In this document: one piece after another, positions 41,201 through 44,730 of the stretch
How positions within the stretch are numbered: the stretch's first letter is position 1
Layout of the letters: each line of letters begins with the position of its first letter
NCBI GenBank assembly: GCA_903884815.1
Contig: CAISGE010000065.1
Location: 1-63,962 of the forward strand
Source of the DNA: Candidatus Omnitrophota bacterium
GTDB lineage: Bacteria; Omnitrophota; Omnitrophia; Omnitrophales; Aquincolibacteriaceae
Direction of reading: 5' to 3'
Length of the DNA stretch: 63,962 nucleotides
Notes under the pieces: model-generated
Seen by the model: the letters and a program-made list of their open reading frames with translations, nothing else
What the model was told of the DNA's origin: nothing
The model's database searches: none
Made by a program: the position numbers and the translations under genes

Positions 41201-41751
41201 TGCACGCCCGCGTTAAAGAGCGCGAAAGCGTACCCTACGATGCCAAACGAAAGAGCGGCCTGGGCGACAAAACGGCTGGTCGAAGACGATTCGCCGACCA
41301 CGGTCATTTCCCGGACAGAATTTCCGGTAAATTTGCCGAAGGAAGTCGCGCCTTTCCGGATCTCTTTTTCCGCGAAGACGGCCGTTTTAATGGAACCGCC
41401 GTCGGAGTAACGCAATGTGCCATTAACGTTCACGGCGACGATCGCGGCACCCTTCTCGGAGGCCGCCTGATACATGCATTTCGCGAGAAGCACCGAGCCG
41501 CTAAAGATCGCCTGAGAATAGCTGATCACACCAAGGCCCGCCGCGGCAGAGACAAGAAGTCCGCCGAGCGGATTATCATCATAGCCGACCGCGATCCATT
41601 TCCGGATCTCATTCCCGCCGAAGGCGCTGATCGCGTCATGCCCATTCGACCGGGCTTCGACCCGTTCAAGGAACGAAACCTCGATGACCCTGTCCGCAGA
41701 TATTGCGTAAGCCAGCTTCCCGTTCCCCTTATTGACCGCGACATACTCCAC
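20278..41751 (-). CDS. Giant multi-domain membrane protein, 7,157 aa as an independent ORF; probably the C-terminal half of a single giant gene of at least 14.5 k aa
   Basis: Uninterrupted 21.5-kb ORF. The annotated start is a GTG with no convincing SD, and its frame stays open a further 33 codons upstream of that GTG (back to a TGA at about 41853). Domain content is listed as separate features. Confidence 0.9.
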   Translation of the reverse strand: MEYVAVNKGNGKLAYAISADRVIEVSFLERVEARSNGHDAISAFGGNEIRKWIAVGYDDNPLGGLLVSAAAGLGVISYSQAIFSGSVLLAKCMYQAASEKGAAIVAVNVNGTLRYSDGGSIKTAVFAEKEIRKGATSFGKFTGNSVREMTVVGESSSTSRFVAQAALSFGIVGYAFALFNAGVQVLGCELIQEQSGFLIARDKLTHEVLGGMDIRLTEAVMMKVETPADARKELPALKNPKTGEALEYAHFETVLVSGSGEKLTKLFFNGKEGDYQMVGMTTGDPSSFKSIIFFDFVGGISCRQVASTLSLDLVFFDPSGNRLGAMNIKTFQPVVRGPASAKDFQDEAQKAHDKLENDNQLNSKDISTPEEIAPVEDISKPLKEMAESYSRIAQDTGSELMATVAGMMNDMATEVANKTASYQQMALADAHALPEAEALPLVRNPASSVDPNAPTHFDCNKDAVRVDYTKGTLPEETQAFYFDKNNKIIGWTTGQSNDASSINFFISDGMLLQRGSGIVGGPLGALLVTDLKSGALIAGFDVTAHFAPQAMTWQTVTDKTQRTLTTLKDGKPVVAFTLNKATDVLVGATGAEGKILRIYLNKAEGTDRYSIVGATRGVDPATADLIFYRAGNYLFFSRNGFDSVGALNILDITTGKVLDQYLFQGLRNASENGLCKISAVKSTLTKDQLAAAGTTRTALKGADKGEVFDVRSITLRDGTVIKDDNKTEFGQLMSVLQQAGVAEGITFTKGDVTWFFGSTDLSTLGKSVLVGSGKANGGQFDVMGFGAKVPDGIYTVQNLENRALTSAEFQKAMKDQPALEGMGLTKGNLRSIASFLGPGDVVIDSLNPKDNAQFALILGALGTVGVSQGISFTDSYGFGVSFDKPDLSKLASAQMLTGFGSNAGTYLVLGGGRVIESVNKNGANSTRERFTNPDGSWSFGKELRTFHTGDIAKEGSSWGGQSTRLQILDVSIDNTGLLPTMVQELDGLYAMLTGLRSQFFSNGNGDFAISRFWDAKGTTVIGVQSSQQLPDGSGWRVRTGAYNEKNGLYVETLTPASRQSPSTRALENIFSQTLSLGAGTHIDPVTGAGVFYGKDGTSPVDPTSLFGKSMFASFQVIDSATNLMLFSATYGELEQGPGGAQGKGWTYIATSMNAATGLYAIASGKTKGDTASKEDIARVQAQAKTFAQAAEKRTAEVGGSYIDASGVITMRRQGAQSLEQGASNGVGVIFRDQNGVIVPFDKLPGIGTDVNFQILDSKTNLMLFAATFGKLDFGFGWSISVGSVNEKTGLYASGSIKVPEGKVSAAQVEKLQADVEHISEFAARKETGSRTSVFFKDSDGKETGFDGLAGAGKMRLDDLRDMSFQILDTRTGAMLLSAMYAQKVAPPGAASSGSWILTSTALDAKKGVAVVSSLTMNRDNVRAEDIAKVQTQGQEISKSSELVKTGGVVFKDASGNVVSPMDIINAGKDSAFQIVDLKTNIMVCSYGFGKLADGTSTWILTSKAVNGAAGVAIVGTLAVKTEKFAAEDVAKVQANTRAVAFGSMRREDAPKADGFGRVFLTDGSMNENGTLNEVGLSALVRDAKEMSFQFADTLTNAVLLTATYGKLNDGAPGVVPENGWTLTSTSYNEKTGLYTVGHLQVKGDTFGAEKIALVQTNTTTLSAAAVRTETGKVMFMISGQAVGFTELEGISKDMVFQILDPVANVLLFSAEYGQLSPARDGKEATFGWLLKGGSLNPETGLYTVSQTKVPGETVSKEDVAAAQRTDIRTASKNAAQTFPTDHWKDTATGRTYPVVQGHLRGEDGKPISDVEVLKGLLASLRADDHAAMKDQNISALAIDALLPIRSEWVSNEFVGAIFMIDSSRPVSHGDLSIRFTAKDGTPITSESVLRALGENLDLEHGGHNYCEIFGAIPGNISASVRGSMELLSGLGATRFQGGYLPTNLDWGSLAGVEFEATVTFYGESYWSTGKFNTVGSIVLEKVKSAAQAEFQAMDFKQATKFKGEMIKVVDQYNNKEHPDGVRPTVANIDCKWDFSETFKVNGIEKTVTGFLLQSEAFFNMKPLSGDAGLNALGKGPIAQFQNIISQIDGAETFRCHADGFVEGASFWVQKVYGRELYKSQAGVMVPGTQPERYFKTYEGGDAEYKVGIRLGSDYLKNPFDTKDGKSGYAILSSLMKQFDPDSKLLTEYRIGLGLTQFEVVDSKGVTASLEARSYEWGSVWTHIGYGSEATVTYKFLPDITKDGRISTIRSISYGKDGTDKGVEHRDSLSYHPAWAIGGFWEMVVTTKRETLLGDKWNHDENQDVTQYFREPGRFYGDYKDWNSETGFMRKDGSMAFADAVFIDQINSQRGAIALEKGHLNFWFQPNLFVSYGRPITGFAYEILHDARTYSHWIVTPSLELSGALGADLRTFHSGSSWTSTDLNTGVSTEVEIHFWEITRLYSPSTIIMAASLTPMVVATAYMWVEAMPAVLVTAGAYCTAAGFAATAVKWAWQTFGDLKETDLAYKTLTVIEVGGLVIGTICSGFSMRAATSKLAAAAKTTEAVAAGAKAVETGAAVVKATTPFWKIATGVNSFSQISKTAYTIVNISHFVQGTLTAGITIGLGMAAAGGIRMAFGGDSQLLIHGIAIAGFAFGARFMFAFGPSLVELNAVGKLGELNAAGMQGWKYFHLGSGMLNVAAFGAGIGMEMYGYASGKQFWQDLGQKFLIGSLVLLAGRGIALAIPVRGIVLARMLSADGLALDGIAGLGSMGRVVARVVQQSALLKVSTFEILLLDAGKSVITFHMLPVAMAALYTDQVFEFMLNKINPSWHFLDERSRSEGYLGHVRSVFQQQFLDPNAWAPSRILHDVILGQALHLFAPTFSAGLLGRFSATNGLFRAIIPDSGSAWVRTLFTKLLTKEGADYLGAAFAYADNLILFNTVIATGKSIALVAQANAGVAEPAPKAGSSVPGIADVGAILKDLASIPGFFAGMFGAHLSGNSDSFKAAFLSFGSSLEKASILLVPQAGGNLRPSFSDVWRSGELRDQNLVLNLSLENRTQFFEFVESGKQDEALTLLRTIRPTEVPTSNALGERELMLLGQFSLWKFLGTSDGLGSMVNIGAAECAALARGLEQTLAGLEPAKRAAFDAALKQAIETDAWSPSNGGKPPIENAFGILDVALPRILKSLNVSQRDALIEAVKTGRWDTAQDVLKESAKSTQQTIYGLRQVNKARLEFLMKDLEQNKRLNLENFNINKKEQKLGAEGLADIFLRGKLAPEDVTNLFKRMAEACQALLLENWIQPGVQTFLRASNEERASAYATFFSAEKKAETPTAPSETLATETKVEVTETAPKPAEARASIAQRIGGLLPPALRGLEGRLEANDVFMRSIAEALLTAIPRDEFAGFLNAFANSGRNIEQLGGIGRFTFLGEVTRRMNLQTVDDFKKLVTSIYDAFSKIEVTQNVAEKEGLAPQAAEPVAGIVVTISGKQAFLDLTADAADDFCRLVSGLDLKGTFSKILGDAAVSAPYEGTLLETLIAKMVDWNSNVRLAVFVRVMNGDDATPETTAAFNALFKKAEELQKDKRFMSPVEALSEVATQLAKQYLDNSPDAKKDALLAQAGVVDLVLKIMAFELAPQVRRFAADLNLEIKNGKAVIEITPEIQKSLKARVSHPELVEFLLKQKLADVNAWLERIEVQNWLTSLPPELQSAAIDRAAFGAFHFILTHGTKEFNALDFKADTGHLLTAIIAAHNAYMENQANDAYSNPSADLFAHLQNMDNDSHIRQGAVEEIENAFDAAKTTHPTLTYHEFFKVYLAKACAAQGGGGFESYARIFTFRDVGPRTGETAPSLRDFFSSLGGMKNHEKMLRTAVIISEKSVKLSMEQQKGLMGGLVGNLLNAAVGSGKTFLMVAYDYVFSANIHIAESKEGIERIVAEATATKSAAENRTNEEKLANNLRMRYINGEKLIERITRGATQEERDTAYAELIKILAGFTDTDGFRWVLAVSFTTLGHLMTHFRSTDLQHYREFSRVFQSSMRVMDEVHRVVDPTYFILGGDAMKAVELPQFFLYCAANELFVDDHNVGQNSIMLWERNGELFDRRGTKVTPADETQHLIVTESKDYFDRNKGDKAVIWVQTATYEMVNKSNQVAEFFSRGPGKTALKERYESIIERENQGIENEEDQIRPLSDLTLYTSELESILKYQSIRTENVEAGIINGIRRGAGDQYRPKGSDGKQQDSQIISDTVGLITISYKLNDAGLSHELAGLGIKDEVGADGSYMTGDSALSIRPIVGETNRYERLGLDIIRNSAKNIEKTNTLTASSMFDLFIMGGGASAAYGMSGTVAEVALQAKMIVGRNTEVIFGKGGFADAYVHELLAEKGGEDALPGEARKALSLKQWDTSGKSDQQQAAFIARELYDARGHGDAMRSVLAGILSDTVIKLVRLELLKLGLTEKDIMVIDGSAEGQNNVLKNVQKFNEGSTEKIVLAAQHALIGFNYQRDNMLYAAFTPQISSVMLMQNQGRVARTISMHSIFESMVREYAKGEVSARAFEKTVKEATGLDNDPRSLSEILNADASAILTALGRPQYSRELELVQAHLNGEPGWRSARQSELETILNSTYWADYRDATKRAWNVDAATTFTDYLAKAESSSNVDSEGFTTVLKDETAKKFADRDENGNLKAGGKSHDRFDAEIRIYLNTEFLESLLGGLDFKAIAAWRDFFQPRMDTAAGEAYKYGDSLKNSKFYNGPKDATAPKDIVGILDRLQENEGDWKKLSQAEQMLLSYAMNSARAADATARSLTGQLMDFALMFNPMRDAMMMANFVEGDQGIKERAILYEFNLELMRHYGTNYEMERGEDYANGPRSVQGLVGSKAKTAKEQLNAFLKGTGKDLSESVKQVLKDAVETAGHVQLRAGAEFATIRENQLRGDYDGQFFGNLGFKTDVKERADTMIAIALGFAMEFAPQLQGAEKPAGLDAGRQSSEVARPVAELAQATRDEAGRDRLGTLSGGPFKANVTKNSETGERILKIAGIEIALNAIRDANLKELLTNNALLNVTFKGGLAIFSVNYEDEMKSYLETQASWLKTLLGEDGFKNWKSYLTLYHELLGTGLTHEEIAELRAAIPREDTVQTLAKLAAQVEATGPQQALRREVIVKHLDVSGPVLNALASLEPGKFVKLATLAEQSQIDNSVFARAGFSAAETAQWGSVIDPLAFYQVLRKMPLAKYQQVSEGVFRGALKKALALSMLATGVDTRRAISDERRTNLKAVITQAAGILGQDPSAFYDALDCSKVAGASGQFSNPVSLVMSRVLALASELTPSSEQLRKSAQAVAAARRSGKAALANVEKQITDAIGTSLFVPKVNTLLVQLQFIKKLSEKNGLSMSQIMDLWRETDWKRTEALKTAEATANLWLAAKANPITFGDQSQFELKSLRDAELLVRLNLGITSRVKGFLTVLRENGIVFTHSDDLYNNLNGLSLISDMGPKNLALDVKNTLRRRFVKNGHIIQSLTGAPLVELKGQTVETLEFHGGEWIAKTDRGVAVFFGGDKVRVEAAPGVTASMEDNRVVMNGLVDEYGRPMEFQRHSMVSALSVEFIGDASGNQVIQISSGAENHEGGFADINLEKGVVQNVLLFDNVNQHTRDAGPVLYARLPSGKSFVPVQTADGRKIMLAGGATRMTPDGIKLDGKVFTLAELTNFDPAKSTMAQDKKELLENWLRISAYSTEFAASRALLPAYLKARKQSESLGAQFMAIMDAMISTRNAGIVPVDDISILDHILSKLTPGTDDALISIINEQKLAFAAELKTANSKARADFLAAMTPSERFQTMLRLMQTARLAGNDHFIQGVDFARAATELIRDRSFDKKAREMLLEHSSYELIHDFLKALQDIDVGDHELNSLRAQLSELLDPLSESKRTKDRVTDLQDIVPVMEKILKMLPGKVALAKKAGISTEKAAVYKSALAKTTDTFKDLQTYQDAYVLFIDVATKKKLQAKQIDAKGESTMVDFTVPIARELSALDLLNTARHLSGAQNLGEFLRDAAKRGDYGAMAEYFVFSMENNEHGSHRLQIEPARRSKFVELIEKHLKDGKIYYGVVNFDKFNTGEGTSRLGESMDIPAASNFPGMPGETEQRRQDRWMEQHGYTNLGVPVFNVAEDIVEELGEYYDFMKNNWVQSTGAEAVVSHEAKSARDAKGRPNWITSTGIVLVADYWWKQSPQHEYKHVTHPRPYLYSRNDSSGMIMMEEVFNFFGQVVEQLEDREHGHPYNWEGIDRKLESYARGHNFNPDIMKASFRSFVRLYQLHGPQAVRFGKYITNASDLVLLDALTPEQLQRMDAAKNSRELTAQVILEALKDELMPNGTTVAGKVTEESTKLIDELLKSEAAKPGDQQMTADELTRAKARLIERVLRENTGDGYQRLLNFLTANAPNAVVDNSLDALRAAAYKALNLDANYQPQPLIEDDDKGSVQSILSQLLDGKQVSVRDEAKALDQMREIINKLLAAEGLSSNQFKFEQVPGKGLFLTIPPKDPATAGKPIGFLGHIDVRTEVADDLAATIDSFGNVRAKDPSSALGADNRSGLAIILNTIRKLVAEGHTNEIRLIITTGEEVGLGILHAEQDRAFNKALRKILSGVERIYSADRQNQTEKTKDDYGRGSSVEEISVDAATGAVTYKEVTSMAEGTMPSRNVEHYIDAPVDRTGRYKGAIANVVGEKGVLIDGLTSGAQDESHKGEIAENSNGDFYHIRRFNTQTGQFEADKSSGNQIEVVTNIFTGYYAHLRGFESTNLNELNEMADVMMDLVTDLAPDALPEVKPEAMIEEEAEPSVAEEETVPADEKRSELHDLKPSDKVADPATAKVNAWKGLAVEAVGRLTPGQLDRIDPKLLIKAINTLPIKVFTVKQEPLLKGKSGFERELPGGAREIVLNSEVVERMTPSQLKDFVIHEAIHGVQAEVNRGILAESRRLDAEMQALSIMVEVMDESLLRESWTAMLAAARGDINTRDESLRSDLEHFAQLTATAMIPAGVGIEAMLNRINVERYVVAGAAKRLGDQPGRKPLDETALAKEMPEFKKLAEAGRTEHVSFEVLAQDIPAGSNLEKLLGILKSQGFMVFVVKEADILTDADLGRESWLVQYALGVGKTQFDNVMLQYASIPKPEGFYPIGSYLANEAIRRILDALMATRQTEVAA
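20900..21250 (-). other. Zincin-like HExxH motif region near the C-terminus of the giant protein
   Basis: ...GGAREIVLNSEVVERMTPSQLKDFVIHEAIHGVQAEV... HEAIH is encoded at 21001-21015. The HExxH-x-Q pattern resembles DUF4157-type zincin signatures. Motif-level only. Confidence 0.45.
21490..22260 (-). other. Clan MH (M42/M28/M20-like) metallopeptidase-like domain in giant protein
   Basis: Ordered motifs: GFLGHID (H-I-D at 22207-22215), LGADNRSGLAII (22102-22122), ITTGEEVGLGI (EE at 22015-22020), later ...YYAHLRG. Spacing and order match co-catalytic aminopeptidase ligands. Confidence 0.6.
28240..30200 (-). other. Divergent SecA-like DEAD motor / SF2 ATPase domain in giant protein
   Basis: QQKGLMGGLVGNLLNAAVGSGKTFL (Walker A at 30103-30126; compare SecA QLLGGMVL..IAEMRTGEGKT). 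VMDEVHRVVDPTYFILGG (DEVH at 29692-29703; compare [20 protein letters not shown]). TLTASSMFDLF...AYGMSGTVAE (28795-28809; compare LASITFQNYF..LAGMTGTA). MQNQGRVAR (28246-28269; motif VI QxxGRxxR). Confidence 0.65.
32800..34420 (-). other. Transmembrane-helix cluster 2 (giant protein, downstream ORF)
   Basis: Runs of hydrophobic 18-25 aa segments, roughly 8-12 helices by eye. Examples: IIMAASLTPMVVATAYMWVEAMPAVLVTAGAY (34321-34400), LLIHGIAIAGFAFGARFMFAFGP, FLIGSLVLLAGRGIALAIPV (33541-33600). Confidence 0.7.
36400..38500 (-). repeat. Six tandem protein repeats of about 110-140 aa ('FQILD' repeats) in giant protein
   Basis: Recurring pattern: GV.F.D..G......(S/M)FQ(I/V/F)(L/I/A)D..TN.(M/V)L(F/L)SA.YG.L....GW.L.S...N..TGLY........G......ED(I/V)A.VQ. 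FQ anchors at about 38410, 37995, 37660, 37335, 36990 and 36668. Confidence 0.8.
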
Positions 41752-44730
41752 ATTCTGCCCGAGCTTCTTGTCGTAATATTTGATGAGCTGGACCGCGCCG
41801 AGATTCTTCCCCCCCGCCGAAAAGAGCGGTGTCGTAGAACTGGGTCAGGCCGAACTGGTTGGCTGCAGTGAGAATGAAATTCCTCAACGCCTCTTCCACC
41901 AATGTCCCGCCGAGCGTGAAGTTCATCTTTCGGATCTCGTCGCCGAGGATTGGATTCTCCTTGGTGCCTAGGAGATTGGCGCCGACCGCCCCGAGCTCCT
42001 TCACGGTCTTCAGGACTTCCTCCGAGGTTCCGACCGACTGGAACTTCCCGCCACCCACGGAAACTTTCAGCGAACTTCCGTCCGCGATAGCCGCGAAGGA
42101 ATTCTTCAAAAGCGACCCGTTCTTCGCAAACGTCGCGGGCACATAGATCACATCGACGATGGGTTTCAGAGCATCACCGAGAAAGATGCCCTGCTTGTAT
42201 TTGATGATCCCGAGGCCCATCGCGGTGTTGAGGAGCAGGTTCAGGAGCTCCGGGGAATCTTTCAGCGAGGTGATCGTATTTTCTTTGATCTGATCGCCGC
42301 CATATTGTTTCGCGGTATTAACCGCATTGATATCCTTGAGAACCTGATCACGCTCGATCGTTTTTGTTTGCCAGCCTTTACCATCCCGATACTGAAAGAT
42401 CTCGCTCCCCGGTTTATCCAGGTTGAGCACACAGAAGGGCAGTGCCGCCCCATTCGCCTGGCGGATAAAACCCGTCTTGCCAATCACTTGCCCAGCACTG
42501 TTGAGGACGTCTAACAAGACATTTCCGGGAAGTGCGCTTAACAGCCGCGTCGTAGCCTCCGCGATCTGTTGGTTACTGGCCCCTGCGTTGAGCATATCCC
42601 TGAAGAGCACCAGATTCTCCGAGAGATTCCCGGTCTTATGAGTCGCGGCGGCGGCTTTCAGTGTGTTGATCTCGGAGACGGCTTCGGGCACGGAATCCGC
42701 CTTTCCGCTCCAGGGGATCTTGCCCCCGTCCGCGGCCACCAGGGTCACATCCATAAATTCGATGACTTTATCTCCGAGCGCCTCCTTGAAAACCGCGAAA
42801 ACTTCTTTCGAGTTCGCGTAAAAACCAGGCGCGAGATGCGTCATGAGGGCGAACTGTCCGCTCTGGAAAGCATCCGCGAGGGCTTTGCCGAATGCAACGG
42901 CGCCGTCCGGCGGGAAAGCAAAGGATCCGTCCTTATTCACGCTCACCGAATAATTGAATAGGTTGAATTTTGAGGCGATATTCCGGACAGTGTCAATATT
43001 CGCGAACGCCGCCCCCATGAGCGTAGCGCCCGAATCTTCTCCGGCCATTTCCTGGCGCATCGTCCCGCCGAACTTCATGCTCGAGCCGTTCTTCCCCATG
43101 ACCGAGACATTCGACATCCGGAGTTCCTGGAAATATTTTCCGCCTTCCTGTTTCAGAAGCAGTTCAAAATCACCCAGCAGATTACCGTTCTTTTCGAAGA
43201 TGCTGATCCCGATCACGCCCCGGCCGACATTTTCCGCTTCCGTAGTGACCAGGCCCTCAGCCCCTGCCAATTCGGGCATCAGAATATTTTTGAATATAAA
43301 ACTACTGAGTTTGGACACGTCCTTGCGATCACCCAGGTCGTAATTCCCGCTCGCGACCTCTTTCTGGATTTTATCGACTTTGGAGAACACGCCCGCGACC
43401 CCCTGCTCGTTCATCGCGAACGCCCCATTCAAATTCAGGAAGGATCCGTTCTTGCCGGCGATCTTGACGTCCTTGAAGGTTCCGCCTTCCGGATCGAACT
43501 GGAAGGAGCCGAAAAGACTGCCGTCAGCTAGGTAAAACTTGATGGCGAGTTGAGAGAGATTGAGAGAAGCGAAGTTCTGCACCACAAACTGCGAGAGCTT
43601 CTGCATATCCCCGACATTCGTCAGATCGAGCCGGCTTGCGAACTGTTCGAGCGTCTGGATACTCGCGAGAGCGTTTTTCATCCCGTCTGTTTTACCGGCG
43701 ATGTCGATAAAACCTTTTGCGCCCGCCAGGCGGACACCCTGGAAGCTGACGGAATTACTGGTAAAAGTGAAATCGCCGAATTTTACGCCGTTGCGGTAGA
43801 ACGTGATCGTTACTTCCTTGGCGTAAAGGCCGTTCTCGCCTTTCCCCAGCATGCTTTGAAGCGCGTCGCCGAAGCCGATGAGGTCTTTGGCGTTCGCGGC
43901 GATGAAATTCAAATTAAAATCGAGCGCGAGGTCGGCGATCGCCTTGATGTCGTGCAGCGCTTCCCGCGTGTTGCCGACAATCCCCTTGACATCGATCTGA
44001 GCACCGTCCTTGCCGAAGGCAGTGAATTCATAAGTCACATCCTTCGCCGTCCAAGTCAATCTTACGTTCAGGTCACGGTCACCCTTTTCATGATACATCT
44101 TGAAATTCGCGGAAACGCTTTGGCCGGCCTTGAGCATGGACTGCAGCCTGTCCCCGAAAAGAATGAGCAACGCGGCGCCTTTGCTTGTAGGATCAAGGGC
44201 GTCCCGGAACTGTGTCATGAAATTCGTAATCCCGAGTTCTTTGGCCAGGTCCCGTATCCCGACCATGAGATCCAGCAAAGAGCCCATATCGCCTGACTTG
44301 ACGATCCAGTCGGTGCCGAGATCCTTGTAAAACGACGTCACCGAGTCCGAGGTCACCTCAAACGCAACATTCGTGAAAGTCTCGCCCTTATAGGAAAATT
44401 CAGCCACATTGAAACGAATCATTTTTGCGTCAAAACTGACCTGATCTCCGAGCAACCCCGCGAGACCTTGCTGAAGCATGTTCCCGAACGCCACCAGATG
44501 ATCGCCAATCGAGAGATCCACCGAGGCACCGAGTTTCGCAGAAAGCTCGCGGCCAATCTCATTTAAAGCCGCGATATCCTTTTGAGAGAGAAGATCGACT
44601 TTGCTGCCATCCTCGCGGACCCCGCGCATTCCGAGGGAGATCTCGTCCTTAAACCCGTCCAATCTGACATTTTCATATTCGATGCTGGCAAAATCCTCCC
44701 GGCTTTGGTCGACACGCACGTTCGTAATAT
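40750..44730 (-). repeat. Array of degenerate beta-rich modules of about 90-110 aa spanning the junction of the two giant ORFs
   Basis: Upstream ORF modules include VTITFYRNGVKFGDFTFTSNSVSFQGVRLAGAKGFIDIAGK, IKFYLADGSLFGSFQFDPEGGTFKDVKIAGKNGSFLNLNG and ISIFEKNGNLLGDFELLLKQEGGKYFQELRMSNVSVMGKNGSSMKFGG. Downstream ORF modules include VEYVAVNKGNGKLAYAISADRVIEVSF and IVAVNVNGTLRYSDGGSIKTAVF. Confidence 0.6.
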
